Source: Gammaproteobacteria bacterium
GTDB lineage: Bacteria > Pseudomonadota > Gammaproteobacteria > BTQY01
Assembly: GCA_036986115.1 (NCBI GenBank)
Contig: BTQY01000005.1
Span: 3,210 to 67,209 of the forward strand
DNA: 64,000 bases
Direction: 5' to 3'
The notes below the pieces were generated by a model. It was not told where the DNA came from. It searched no databases and saw only the letters and a list, made by a program, of their open reading frames with translations. The position numbers and the translations under genes were made by a program. Shown piece after piece: positions 1 to 10,281 of this stretch. Position 1 is the first letter of the stretch. Each line of letters begins with the position of its first letter.

Positions 1-982
1 CAGTACTAAACATTATGATGAGGAATGCTTCAGTTCCTCGAATGAGTACTACTGTCATGATCTCCGCTTTGTTGAGGCCAGACTGTCGCCCGATACGGTG
101 AGCCTGCTTGCCGGGGAACCGGCAATATGTGTGTTTGTCAATGACACGCTTGACCGGCAAGTATTGTCGAAATTGTCGGATGCCGGTGTCAGGTTAATAG
201 CGCTTCGATGCGCCGGTTATAATAACGTTGATATCAAGGCCGCACGTGAACTGGGCCTCACGGTGGTACGGGTCCCTGCATATTCTCCCTATGCGGTGGC
301 AGAACATACTGTCTGCCTGATGCTTTCATTGGGCAGAAAAGTGCATCGTGCCTATTATCGGGTCCGCGATGGTAATTTTTCTCTGGATGGTTTGCTTGGG
401 TTTGATTTTTGTGGTCGTACATTGGGCATTGTTGGCAGCGGGAGGATAGGATCAGTGGTGGCACGTATAATGAGTGCTATGGGGATGAAGGTCCTTGCAC
501 ATGATCCATTCCATGATCCTGATTGTGAGAATATTGGTGTGAGTTATGTGGATATGGATCATCTGCTCGCCGAATCTGATGTGATCTCCCTGCATTGCCC
601 GTTAACGCCCGAAACGAACCATTTGATTGACGAATCAGCACTGGAGAAAATGAAGAAAGGGGTAATGCTGATAAATACCAGCCGTGGCGCAATACTGGAT
701 ACCTGTGCCGTAATTAACGGGCTGAAGACAGGAAAAATCGGTTATTTAGGTCTGGACGTCTATGAACAGGAGAGTGAGATTTTTTTCCGGGATCTGTCCT
801 GTGAAATTATTCAGGATGACGTTTTTGAACGATTGCTTACCTTTCCAAATGTCCTGATCACGACACACCAGGGATTTTTTACTGCCGATGCCCTGAAAAG
901 CATTGCCGATACGACACTTGAAAATATTACGCAATTTGAAGAAGGTGGGGATTTGCTAAATGAAGTGCCTGATGTCAGTTAA
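1..982 (+). CDS. ldhA: D-lactate dehydrogenase / D-isomer-specific 2-hydroxyacid dehydrogenase, 5'-truncated by window edge
   Basis: Frame continues upstream of the listed ORF to position 2 (STKHYDEE...AICVFVND). Colinear with fermentative LdhA: NAD-binding GxGxxG (GIVGSGRIG) and catalytic-region motifs. Confidence 0.85.
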   Translation, partial: STKHYDEECFSSSNEYYCHDLRFVEARLSPDTVSLLAGEPAICVFVNDTLDRQVLSKLSDAGVRLIALRCAGYNNVDIKAARELGLTVVRVPAYSPYAVAEHTVCLMLSLGRKVHRAYYRVRDGNFSLDGLLGFDFCGRTLGIVGSGRIGSVVARIMSAMGMKVLAHDPFHDPDCENIGVSYVDMDHLLAESDVISLHCPLTPETNHLIDESALEKMKKGVMLINTSRGAILDTCAVINGLKTGKIGYLGLDVYEQESEIFFRDLSCEIIQDDVFERLLTFPNVLITTHQGFFTADALKSIADTTLENITQFEEGGDLLNEVPDVS

Positions 983-3872
983 GCATGACCATATTGGCAT
1001 CACGAATTTCCTGATTGGGCCTGCCGATATAATGTCCCTGGGCGTAGTCGACGCCGAGTTCCTGTAGCAGTTTCAAGGTGCCAGCATCTTCAACGGATTC
1101 TGCGATCGTTATCTTGCCCAGCGCATGCGCCACCTGGTTCATTGAATGCACCATCGCCTGATCGACGCTGGTGTTACCCAGTTCCTTGACGAACGAGCCA
1201 TCGATCTTCAGCTTGTCGACGGGCAGGTTCTTCAGGTAATTAAATGAACAGAAACCGGTACCGAAATCGTCCAGCGCGAACTGGCAGCCAATGTCTTTCA
1301 GGCTCTGAATAAATACGACAGCCGCAGACATGTTGGTGATCGCTGCCGTCTCGGTGATCTCAAAGGTGATCAATGACGGATCCAGCCCGGTCTGGTCGAG
1401 AGTAGCACGAATCATCGGCAGCAATTTCAGGTCCTCAAAGGCACGACCGGACAGATTAATCGCAAAACGGATGTCCTTACCGTTCCTGCGGAACTGGGCC
1501 AGATTCATCAATGCCCGCTTGACGGTCCAGCGGTCCACGGCATGAATCAGGCCAAAGCGTTCAGCGGCTGGCATGAAGCCACCGGGCATGATGGTCCTGC
1601 CATCGTCAAACGGCATGCGCAGCAGTACCTCGTAATCGTATACCTGTCCGTCCTTGACCGAAATGATCGGTTGATAGGCCAGCATGAAACGATCCTGCTC
1701 GAGAAATTCCCGTACTATCGCCGCCCACCCCATGTCTTCTGCCATGGTGATATGCGCATCATCGGACGGGTTATACAGGTGGACCTGGTTTCGGCCCTGC
1801 GCCTTGGCGATATTACAGGCCAGGTCCGCATGCGACAGTGACTCTTCCCTGCTTTTGGAGGCGTTATCAATGATCGAGACACCAATGCTACAGGTAATAT
1901 TGAAGGTCTTGCCCTCTTCATAAAATTTGTAGGCTTCAAAGTGCTTGCGGATATGTTCCGCTGCAGTCATGGCATTTTCGGATTCCATGACGTTATACAG
2001 CAGCATGGTAAATTCATCGCCGCCGAATCGTGCCAGCAGGTCACCATCTCGTTTGTATTTCTCCAGCAGGGTAGTTATCTCGATGAGCAGACGGTCACCA
2101 GCAGCATGTCCGAGGGTATCATTGATATATTTAAACTGGTCCAGGTCAATATAAAAGATCGCGCAGGTAGTGCCACTTCTTGCAATTCTCGCGATTAACC
2201 TGTCGAGTTCATCATCGAAATAACCCCGGTTATATAACCCGGTCAATGAATCATGCTGGGCCTGGTAGGCGAGTTGTTTTTCTATGGATTTCTGTTTGGT
2301 AATATCCCGTGCTGTACCGCTAACGCGTATGATCTTGCCATCATCACCGGTATGTGCGCGGGCATTGAAACTGATGTTGTGTTTGCAACCGCTACGATCG
2401 ACGTGAACAGTTTCATACTGGACCAGTTCATGTCCGGCAAATACACTTTCCAGGGCCTGTTTGTCGCGTTCCAGATGTTCCGGATCAGAAAATTCGGTAA
2501 ATGGCCGGCCGAGCATGTTCATCGGGGAATGACCGTACATGATTAGCGATGCCTTGTTCAAATAAGTCCAGTCACCATCCGGGTCGACACTCCAGACAAG
2601 ATCATGTGCTGTTTCAACCAGGTCTCGGTAGCGTGCCTCGGCCTGTTGCTGACGTGCCCTGGCGGCCTTTTTCTCGGAAATGTCTGCGATAATACAGGTA
2701 AACATGCGTTTGCCCGATATATTCATCTCACCAAAGCGGATTGACAACGGCAGGTTTTTGCCGGTGACATGGTAGCCGTTCAACTCATGCTCATATTGCA
2801 GATGTGTCTTGATGTCTGCCGATGAACGAATACTCGGGATCAGTACTGACAGGCGTTTATCGATGACATCAGAGACGGTAAAGCCAAACAATTTCTCGGC
2901 GGCCGGATTCATGCTCTTGATTAATATATCTTCATCGACCGCGATAATGGATTCGGCGGCCGTGTCCACAATGGCGCGTTTATGGGCCTCCTGGATATTG
3001 AATTTCCTGAATAGCTGGCCGAGCGTCTGGGTGAGATATCCCACTTCGTCCATGGACATTGGTTTGAGGTCGGCCAGGTCTGCGTAGCTACTGGCACCTT
3101 TTGCAGACAACATTTTTCCAACCGGGCTCAGTGCCTGTGATATGCCCTTGATAGACAGCAAGGTGATCATGACAATAATAATACCGGTACCGCCCAGCAC
3201 CAGTAACAGGTCGGTGGTCAGCACATTGGTGGTGCGCCAGTAATACAGCAATACCATGGCATGCGTCAGTAACGGCACAAAGCCACCGAGCAGCATCATG
3301 CGTAGCTTCAGGCCAAACTGGACCCTGGGGAAGCCTGTGCGTGAGATTACCCGGCCCAGAACATCCATCGAGTACAGATAGGCTGGCAGACCAATCAATA
3401 TCGCAGTGACCAGCTGCATCAGGGTGAATGAGACCAGCTCAATCATGGGTTTCCCCGGTCCGGTCATCCCGGACCAGTAATAGACCTGTGGAATGGCGAG
3501 CACATAAACCAGGAGTGCCCCCCAGTAATCCAGTGAGAAGTGTGACAGTGGTCGGGTTAATTTCTCCGCTATGGGTTGCTCGTCTTTATGCCGGCGCATC
3601 CATTGGAACAATGGTCCGAGGCTGGCGTTATAGTGGAGGGCGATGAAAAATAAAAAAGCGGCCATAAAGCCAGCCAGTACGCCATTGGTGCCCAGTTGCC
3701 TGATACTGGCAGGACTGATGGTGCCGAATACGACGGCAATGCCATGGCCGATGACCGGGGTTAACAGAAAACCGCCCGCTGTCGCCAGTAAAAAGCGTCT
3801 CTCGATATTGGCTATGCTGGTGTTCTGTGACACCTGACCCCTGAATAATTGTAGTTTTCGTTTATGCCCCAT
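975..3872 (-). CDS. Membrane sensor with PAS domains, GGDEF diguanylate cyclase and EAL phosphodiesterase domains
   Basis: N-terminal multi-TM region, PAS-like segments, intact RFGGDEF motif and an EVL-type EAL domain (QPIISV...EVLLRM; DDFGTG). Confidence 0.9.
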   Translation of the reverse strand: MGHKRKLQLFRGQVSQNTSIANIERRFLLATAGGFLLTPVIGHGIAVVFGTISPASIRQLGTNGVLAGFMAAFLFFIALHYNASLGPLFQWMRRHKDEQPIAEKLTRPLSHFSLDYWGALLVYVLAIPQVYYWSGMTGPGKPMIELVSFTLMQLVTAILIGLPAYLYSMDVLGRVISRTGFPRVQFGLKLRMMLLGGFVPLLTHAMVLLYYWRTTNVLTTDLLLVLGGTGIIIVMITLLSIKGISQALSPVGKMLSAKGASSYADLADLKPMSMDEVGYLTQTLGQLFRKFNIQEAHKRAIVDTAAESIIAVDEDILIKSMNPAAEKLFGFTVSDVIDKRLSVLIPSIRSSADIKTHLQYEHELNGYHVTGKNLPLSIRFGEMNISGKRMFTCIIADISEKKAARARQQQAEARYRDLVETAHDLVWSVDPDGDWTYLNKASLIMYGHSPMNMLGRPFTEFSDPEHLERDKQALESVFAGHELVQYETVHVDRSGCKHNISFNARAHTGDDGKIIRVSGTARDITKQKSIEKQLAYQAQHDSLTGLYNRGYFDDELDRLIARIARSGTTCAIFYIDLDQFKYINDTLGHAAGDRLLIEITTLLEKYKRDGDLLARFGGDEFTMLLYNVMESENAMTAAEHIRKHFEAYKFYEEGKTFNITCSIGVSIIDNASKSREESLSHADLACNIAKAQGRNQVHLYNPSDDAHITMAEDMGWAAIVREFLEQDRFMLAYQPIISVKDGQVYDYEVLLRMPFDDGRTIMPGGFMPAAERFGLIHAVDRWTVKRALMNLAQFRRNGKDIRFAINLSGRAFEDLKLLPMIRATLDQTGLDPSLITFEITETAAITNMSAAVVFIQSLKDIGCQFALDDFGTGFCSFNYLKNLPVDKLKIDGSFVKELGNTSVDQAMVHSMNQVAHALGKITIAESVEDAGTLKLLQELGVDYAQGHYIGRPNQEIRDANMVMLN

Positions 3873-4125
3873 GTGCCATGTTTGTCGCCCTGATTACTCT
3901 CCTTATAAAAATAGGCCACCCATGGCACTGCAAACGTGACACAGTACTCATTCCCTTAATTAAATCACAGTTTTAGCGCACATTCCAAAGAAAATTTTTA
4001 ATATTTTGACGTAACAGCGATCAAAATTGCTGATGGGCATATTAATCAGTTAGACTCGAATTCCATCAATTCCATCCCGAATACGTCAAAATATGGGAAA
4101 TACATCAAAATAAGGGTGCTGTATC

Positions 4126-5208
4126 ATGAAAAGAAGAGAATTTCTTAAGGGCCTGGGTGCTGGTTCACTGGCCGCCAGCAGTCTGCTGGGCAGCCAGGCG
4201 GCACTGGCCGCCAGGGCCCAATATCGATGGAAAATGGTCACTACCTGGCCGAAAAACTTTCCAGGCCTGGGCACGGGCGCAAATTTCCTGGCCAGGCTGA
4301 TCAATGAGATGAGTGGCGGCCGTATTCACGTGAAGGTCTATGGCGCCAAGGAGCTGGTCCCCGCTTTTGAGATTTTCGACGCCGTTTCCCGGGGCACGGC
4401 GGAGATGGGGCATGGCGCAGCCTATTACTGGAAGGGCAAGTCGCAGGCGGCCCAGTTTTTCGCTGCGGTACCGTTTGGTCTGACCGCCCAGGAGATGAAT
4501 TCCTGGCTTTATCATGGTGGCGGCATGGCGCTGTGGCAGGAAGTCTATGCCCCGTTCAACCTGGTGCCTGCGGCGGCCGGTAATTCTGGTGTGCAAATGG
4601 GCGGCTGGTTTAACAGGACCATCGACAGGGTTTCTGACTTAAAGGGCCTGAAGATGCGCATCCCCGGGCTGGGTGGCGAGGTGTTGAGGCGTGCCGGCGG
4701 TACCCCGGTGAGCCTGCCAGGTGGCGAGTTGTTTACTTCGCTGCAGTCTGGTGCCATTGATGCCACCGAATGGGTGGGCCCGTACAATGACCTGGCGTTC
4801 GGTTTCTATAAAGTCGCCAGGTATTATTATTACCCGGGTTGGCACGAACCTGGCACCACCCTGGAAAGCTTTATTAACAGGAAGGCGCTGGAATCCCTGC
4901 CCGGCGATCTGCAATCCATCGTATTGAATGCGTCGCGCGTCGCCAATCAGGACATGCTGGCAGAATACACGGCGAGGAATAACTCGGCGCTGGATACCCT
5001 GGTGAATAAACACAATGTCCAGCTGCGACGCTTCCCCGACGAGGTGCTGAAGACACTGCGCAAGTTGTCGGACGAGGTCGTGGCCGAGGTGGCAACCAGG
5101 GACGCCATGAGCAAAAAGGTCTATGAGTCATTCATCAAATTCCGGCAACAGGTCAGTGCCTGGCACGATATTTCCGAGCGTGCCTACCTGAATGCGCGCG
5201 GGATGTGA
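4126..5208 (+). CDS. dctP: TRAP transporter substrate-binding protein, DctP family, Tat signal peptide
   Basis: Twin-arginine motif RREFLKGLGAG...ALA at the N-terminus; length and overall similarity to DctP-family periplasmic receptors. Confidence 0.85.
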   Translation: MKRREFLKGLGAGSLAASSLLGSQAALAARAQYRWKMVTTWPKNFPGLGTGANFLARLINEMSGGRIHVKVYGAKELVPAFEIFDAVSRGTAEMGHGAAYYWKGKSQAAQFFAAVPFGLTAQEMNSWLYHGGGMALWQEVYAPFNLVPAAAGNSGVQMGGWFNRTIDRVSDLKGLKMRIPGLGGEVLRRAGGTPVSLPGGELFTSLQSGAIDATEWVGPYNDLAFGFYKVARYYYYPGWHEPGTTLESFINRKALESLPGDLQSIVLNASRVANQDMLAEYTARNNSALDTLVNKHNVQLRRFPDEVLKTLRKLSDEVVAEVATRDAMSKKVYESFIKFRQQVSAWHDISERAYLNARGM

Positions 5209-5272
5209 TGGCCGGGCCTATAAAGATCCTTTATTCAGTCCACAAATAAAACACAGGCAAAAGGCCTTTCGG

Positions 5273-5382
5273 GCAGAGATACATATTGCCTTCTGCAAGA
5301 CCGTGGGCCGCAGGGATGCGGCCCTCGAGCCTACAGGGATGTATTTACGGCGTGTCTTGCCGAAGGCAATATATATCTCTGC
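5273..5382. terminator. Large composite hairpin between convergent dctP and dctM (putative bidirectional terminator)
   Basis: Outer 21-bp inverted repeat GCAGAGATACATATTGCCTTC / GAAGGCAATATATATCTCTGC (1 mismatch) enclosing an inner GC-rich stem GGGCCGCA-GGGA-TGCGGCCC. Confidence 0.45.
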
Positions 5383-5397
5383 TATGGTGTGACACAT

Positions 5398-6774
5398 TTA
5401 GTTTCCATAGACGATTCCTGGCAGCCAGGTCGCGAGGCCAGGCCAGTAGGCGATTGCTGCCAGCGCCAGCAACTGAATGACTATAAATGGCATCACCCCT
5501 TTATAAATATGCATGGTAGATACCTGCGCTGGCGCAACACCACGTAAATAGAACAGTGCAAAACCAAATGGAGGCGTCAGAAACGAGGTCTGCAGGTTGA
5601 TCGCGATCATGATCCCAAGCCATACCGGATCCATCCCCATGCCAAGCAGTATCGGCCCAACGATGGGTACGACCACAAAGGTGATCTCGATAAAGTCCAG
5701 CACGAAGCCAAGCAGGAACATCAGCAGCATGACGACTATCATCGCGCCGAACACGCCACCAGGCAGGCTGGTCAATATCTCGCGGACCGCGTCATCCCCA
5801 CCAAAGCCCCGAAATACCAGTGAAAATACTGATGCACCGATCAGGATCAGAAATACCATGCTGGTTACCTGGGTCGTGGTGCGCATCACGTCCTTTAAGC
5901 GCGCCAGTGACAATTGTTTCTGCGCCATCGCCAGCAGCATGGCGCCCATGGCGCCAACGGATGCCGCTTCTGTTGGCGTGGCAATGCCCATGATGATGGA
6001 TCCCAGTACCGCGACAATGAGTGCCAATGGCGGCAGCAATACCTTAATGACCCTTAACCAAAGGCCGTCACTAGTAACATGAATATCTGTGGTTACTGGC
6101 ATTAACGCGGGCTTTATCATCGCCATGCCGATCAGATAGGCAATATACATCGCGACCAGTAAGAAACCGGGTAGCAACGCGCCAACAAACAGGTCACCGA
6201 CGGATACGGTCTCCGGTGCAAAGTTCCCTGCATCGAGTTGCGCCTGTTGATAGGCGGAAGACAACACGTCACCGAGCAGGACCAGAACGATCGAGGGTGG
6301 AATAATTTGTCCGAGCGTCCCGGACGCGCAAATGGTGCCACTGGCAATCGCCGGGTCATAACCACGCTTTAACATCACCGGCAGTGACAGCAGCCCCATC
6401 GTGACCACGGTGGCCCCGACAATACCGGTACTGGCGGCCAGCAGCATGCCGACCAGCATGACCGAAATACCCAATCCACCACGTAACCTTCCAAACAGGG
6501 CGGTCATGGTATCCAGCAGGTTTTCGGCAACGCGGGAGCGTTCCAGCATGACACCCATAAACACAAACAGCGGCACGGCCACCAGGGTCTCATTGGTCAT
6601 GATGCCAAACAGGCGATTCGGCAGTGCCTGTAAGAAGGCGTTATCGAATGAGCCAGTTGACGAGCCCAGTAATGCAAAACCTAACGCCGTGCCGCTCAGA
6701 GTCAGCGCGACCGGGTAGCCTGCTAACAACAGCACGAACACAGCACCGAACATGATAAAGGCCAGGTATTCCAT
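5398..6774 (-). CDS. dctM: TRAP transporter large permease subunit
   Basis: 458-aa polytopic membrane protein typical of DctM; immediately adjacent to dctQ. Confidence 0.9.
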   Translation of the reverse strand: MEYLAFIMFGAVFVLLLAGYPVALTLSGTALGFALLGSSTGSFDNAFLQALPNRLFGIMTNETLVAVPLFVFMGVMLERSRVAENLLDTMTALFGRLRGGLGISVMLVGMLLAASTGIVGATVVTMGLLSLPVMLKRGYDPAIASGTICASGTLGQIIPPSIVLVLLGDVLSSAYQQAQLDAGNFAPETVSVGDLFVGALLPGFLLVAMYIAYLIGMAMIKPALMPVTTDIHVTSDGLWLRVIKVLLPPLALIVAVLGSIIMGIATPTEAASVGAMGAMLLAMAQKQLSLARLKDVMRTTTQVTSMVFLILIGASVFSLVFRGFGGDDAVREILTSLPGGVFGAMIVVMLLMFLLGFVLDFIEITFVVVPIVGPILLGMGMDPVWLGIMIAINLQTSFLTPPFGFALFYLRGVAPAQVSTMHIYKGVMPFIVIQLLALAAIAYWPGLATWLPGIVYGN

Positions 6775-6776
6775 TG

Positions 6777-7349
6777 TTACAGCTCTGCCCCTGGTGTGCC
6801 GGGGCGGGGCGGTGCAGGGGCCTCGGCCTGCTCAATGCCCGTCAACACCATCAGGTTATGCAAGATCCGCGAAATTCCCTGCAGGATCATTAGCCCGGCC
6901 ATCAGCAGGATGGTGCTCTTTAGCAGGTAAATGGCCGGGATACCGCCGGTTTCACGCGATCCCTCGGCAATTTCCCAGGAGACCCACACATAGTCCCAGC
7001 TGATATAAAAGATAAACACATAGCTGGGCAACAGCAGCAACAAGCCACCCAGCAGGTCGACCAGGGCGCGCCTGCCCGGCGTGAAATGGCTGTAGAAGAT
7101 ATCCACCCGCACGTGCGCATCGTGTTTCAGGGTATAGGCGGCCGCCAGCAGAAAGACGCTGGCATGCATCCATAACACCGCTTCCTGCATGGCGATCCAG
7201 CCGGTATTGAAGCCATAGCGCAGCACCACCACGGTGAACGTGGTGAGGACCATGCCCAGGGTCAACCATGCCACCGCCCGGCCGGTCATTTCGCAGATCA
7301 GGTCGATTCCACTGGATAGGCGATGTAGCCAGAATTCAAGCAAGCGCAT
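6777..7349 (-). CDS. dctQ: TRAP transporter small permease subunit
   Basis: 190-aa protein with 4 TM helices directly upstream of dctM (3-bp gap). Confidence 0.8.
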   Translation of the reverse strand: MRLLEFWLHRLSSGIDLICEMTGRAVAWLTLGMVLTTFTVVVLRYGFNTGWIAMQEAVLWMHASVFLLAAAYTLKHDAHVRVDIFYSHFTPGRRALVDLLGGLLLLLPSYVFIFYISWDYVWVSWEIAEGSRETGGIPAIYLLKSTILLMAGLMILQGISRILHNLMVLTGIEQAEAPAPPRPGTPGAEL

Positions 7350-7534
7350 TGGGGGGTATGTTATTGGTTATTAATGTTGAGTTTTTCTTCATCAAACATC
7401 ACGAACGGTGTAATATCCTAGCTTCAATGGGTCTTGCAGACAACTGCAGGGCCGGATTAGAACCGGATCAGGTAACAGGGGGCCAAACAGAGGGAGGCGA
7501 CGGTAATACCCGGCGACGTCTGTGATAGTGGTGT

Positions 7535-8650
7535 ATGCACCACCAGTCATTGCGCCGCTGCTTCAATGGCATCATGGTAACTCAGAATTACAAGACCCCC
7601 CCGGCGAAACTGGACGCCTATCGGGAGACTTTCAAGACCCTGTCTCCGATGAACGCCATGACCCGGTCTAATTTTGCGACCCTGATGCGCGAAGTACAGC
7701 TGATCAATGTCCCTTCCGGACGCACCCTGTTTAGTGAAGGTGACCGCGACGGTCGCACCGTGTACCTGTTGAAGGGCACCATTGTCCTTTCCAGTGCGGC
7801 AGGTGGGGTTTGCGAATTAACCGCTGGCAGCATGGAGTCCCGCAATCCGCTGGCGCCCAAACAACCACGGCCGCAATCAGCGGTGTCCAAAACCGAGGTG
7901 ACCATCTTACACGTTGATAGTGAGTTATTTGATGTGTTATTGACCTGGGATCAGTCCAGCGGTTATGAGGTGAATGACATCGAAGAGGCGGCCGATGATG
8001 ACTGGATGACACGATTATTGACCAGCAAGGCGCTGGCCCGTATTCCCGCGACTAATATCCAGGCACTGTTTATGAAGGTCGAGAACATGAAGGTCACTGC
8101 CGGGCAGCAGATCATTCGCCAGGGTGATGATGGTGATTATTATTACATTATCAGTGAGGGCCGCTGTCAGGTCAGCCGCCGCAGCAGCAAACAGCCAGAG
8201 CCACAGATATTGGCCGAACTCAGTGCCGGTGACAGCTTTGGCGAAGAGGCCCTGATCTCGGATGCCCGGCGCAATGCCGATATCACCATGCTCAGCGACG
8301 GCGCGCTGATGCGCCTGGCAAAGTCAGATTTTGTCGAGTTACTCAAGGAGCCGATGGTCAACTGGCTTTCTCGAGAGCAGGCCGATGCGATGGTCATCAA
8401 GGGTGCGAAATGGCTGGATGTGAGATTGCCCAGTGAGCACCAGGCGGGCCATATCGATGCCAGTCTGAATATCCCGCTGGTGTATTTACGGCGTAAATGC
8501 CAGGGTCTGGACACAGACACTCTTTATATTGTGTATTGTGATACCGGTCGGCGCAGTTCATCCGCGGCCTTTCTGCTGCATGAACGGGGCTTCAACGTGT
8601 ATGTACTGAAGGGCGGCCTGAGTGATTCGGCCTCTGCCGATGCGGCATGA
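7535..8650 (+). CDS. Tandem cyclic-nucleotide-binding domains fused to a C-terminal rhodanese domain
   Basis: Two cNMP-binding-like beta-roll segments (..GDRDGRTVYLLKG..; ..GDSFGEEALI..RRNADITM..). C-terminal rhodanese fold with active-site Cys (YIVYCDTGRRS). Confidence 0.75.
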   Translation: MHHQSLRRCFNGIMVTQNYKTPPAKLDAYRETFKTLSPMNAMTRSNFATLMREVQLINVPSGRTLFSEGDRDGRTVYLLKGTIVLSSAAGGVCELTAGSMESRNPLAPKQPRPQSAVSKTEVTILHVDSELFDVLLTWDQSSGYEVNDIEEAADDDWMTRLLTSKALARIPATNIQALFMKVENMKVTAGQQIIRQGDDGDYYYIISEGRCQVSRRSSKQPEPQILAELSAGDSFGEEALISDARRNADITMLSDGALMRLAKSDFVELLKEPMVNWLSREQADAMVIKGAKWLDVRLPSEHQAGHIDASLNIPLVYLRRKCQGLDTDTLYIVYCDTGRRSSSAAFLLHERGFNVYVLKGGLSDSASADAA

Positions 8651-8792
8651 TAGATTACCTTTCAAATATAAGCTAACGTACTCATATACTTAGACTATCT
8701 GGTTAGTTGCCGTTTGTGTTATGGTGGTGCCAGCAAGTAACCCAAGCGGCTAACAGGGATCCAGTAGTTCGCCGCATTATAATTTTAACATA

Positions 8793-10142
8793 TTGAAAAT
8801 ACTAAGAATATTTCTGGTTTTAGGTACTGCCTGGGGGAGCTTGCTGGTTATCTCGCCCGCCAGGGCGGCTATCGACATGACCCCCATGATCAGCTTCTTC
8901 GAGGCGGGGCAGTCTGCGCAGGCCTATGATATCGCGGTCAAGCTGCTCGACGAGGGCGAGGGCGACCCGCTGTTTGATCTCTATTATGGTATGGCCGCCA
9001 TTGATACTGGCCATGTGAACTTGGGCGTGTTTGCGCTGGAACGCGTGTTGATGCTGGAGCCGGACAATCAGCGCGCGCGTCTCGAACTCGGTCGGGGTTA
9101 TTTCCTGCTGGATGAATATGTCCGTGCGCGTCAGGAATTTCGCAATGTGCTCAATGCCGATCCTCCGCAAGGCGTCAAAGATACCATTCAGGCATTTCTT
9201 GATGCGATACGCCTGAAGGAGCGCCGTTTCCGCTCCACGGCCAGGGGTTATGCCGAGATAGGCATCGGCCACGACAGCAATGCCAATGGTGGCCCATCAT
9301 CCCGTTCGTTTGTTAGCCCGGTACTGGGTGTGCTTGTATTGAACCCATCATCATTGGCGGTTGAAGACAACTTTATGGCCGTCAAACTGGGTGGACAGGT
9401 GAATCACCCCTTTGAGCCAGGCAAGAGTCTGCAATTTGGTGTTGATTTTAATCAGAACCTCTACAGCGATAAAGGCAAAGTCGGTGCCAGCCGAATATGG
9501 AATATGTTTGGTGGTTTTACCATGTTGCGTGATAAAGACAACTTCAGGTTTAATGTACAGGTAAATAGGCTGGAGGTGGATCAAACCAAAAATCTGGAAG
9601 ATAACCGCAATTTGTACGCGCTAAATGGTGAATGGCGGCGTCAACTTGACAAGCGTACTGAGCTCAACGGTTTTGCGCAGCTGGCCATGGTGGATTATCC
9701 AAAACAGGACGTGCGCAATTCGCGTATGTTGACGGTTGGCGTGGGGGCTAACCGGCGTTATAACTGGACCTTTAAGCCGGAATTCTTTGGCTCAGTGTAT
9801 GCGGGTTATGAACGGCCAAGGAAGGACAATACTGCCGCACGGGTGGCCGCACAGCGGAATTATGGCGGTGTACGGGCGGGGGCATTTCTCTCGGTGGCAC
9901 CACGGGTCAGCGTTACCGGGTCTGCGCTGGTGCAACACAACCGCTATATGGAAGAGGCCGCCATCATCGGCAATACCCGGCGAGACTGGTACTATGCCCT
10001 GGATCTGGAGGCACGCTGGCTGATTGAGAAACACTGGAGTGTACGCGGTAATGTGAATTACTCACGCAACGATTCAAACCAGCTGGTGAATGATTACGAT
10101 CGGACCATTACCCAGATAAATTTAAGGTACGATTTCTTCTAG
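8793..10142 (+). CDS. Outer-membrane protein: signal peptide, periplasmic TPR repeats, C-terminal beta-barrel (Slam/DUF560-like or YaiO/PgaA-like)
   Basis: TTG start. Cleavable signal peptide ending ARA. Helical TPR-like N-terminal third. Remaining two-thirds has alternating amphipathic beta pattern and ends with the OMP C-terminal signature ...NLRYDFF. Confidence 0.6.
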   Translation: MKILRIFLVLGTAWGSLLVISPARAAIDMTPMISFFEAGQSAQAYDIAVKLLDEGEGDPLFDLYYGMAAIDTGHVNLGVFALERVLMLEPDNQRARLELGRGYFLLDEYVRARQEFRNVLNADPPQGVKDTIQAFLDAIRLKERRFRSTARGYAEIGIGHDSNANGGPSSRSFVSPVLGVLVLNPSSLAVEDNFMAVKLGGQVNHPFEPGKSLQFGVDFNQNLYSDKGKVGASRIWNMFGGFTMLRDKDNFRFNVQVNRLEVDQTKNLEDNRNLYALNGEWRRQLDKRTELNGFAQLAMVDYPKQDVRNSRMLTVGVGANRRYNWTFKPEFFGSVYAGYERPRKDNTAARVAAQRNYGGVRAGAFLSVAPRVSVTGSALVQHNRYMEEAAIIGNTRRDWYYALDLEARWLIEKHWSVRGNVNYSRNDSNQLVNDYDRTITQINLRYDFF

Positions 10143-10281
10143 ATCGTATCCATATGTTTTTAAACAGATATTTACAAATTTTAAGGGTGGAAGGTGAATA
10201 GGTCACATGGGATACTGGACAAATGTCGCTGGTGAATTACCCGGACCGGCCTATGCTGGAGACAGGGTATCGCACCAATAA

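Noticed and set aside
4165-5131. Several 80-143-aa ORFs inside or antisense to dctP
   Set aside because: Embedded in a strongly supported DctP coding frame; compositionally biased (Pro/Arg/Gly-rich).
5597-6718. 161- and 105-aa plus-strand ORFs
   Set aside because: Antisense to dctM; Ser/Thr/Pro-rich artefacts.
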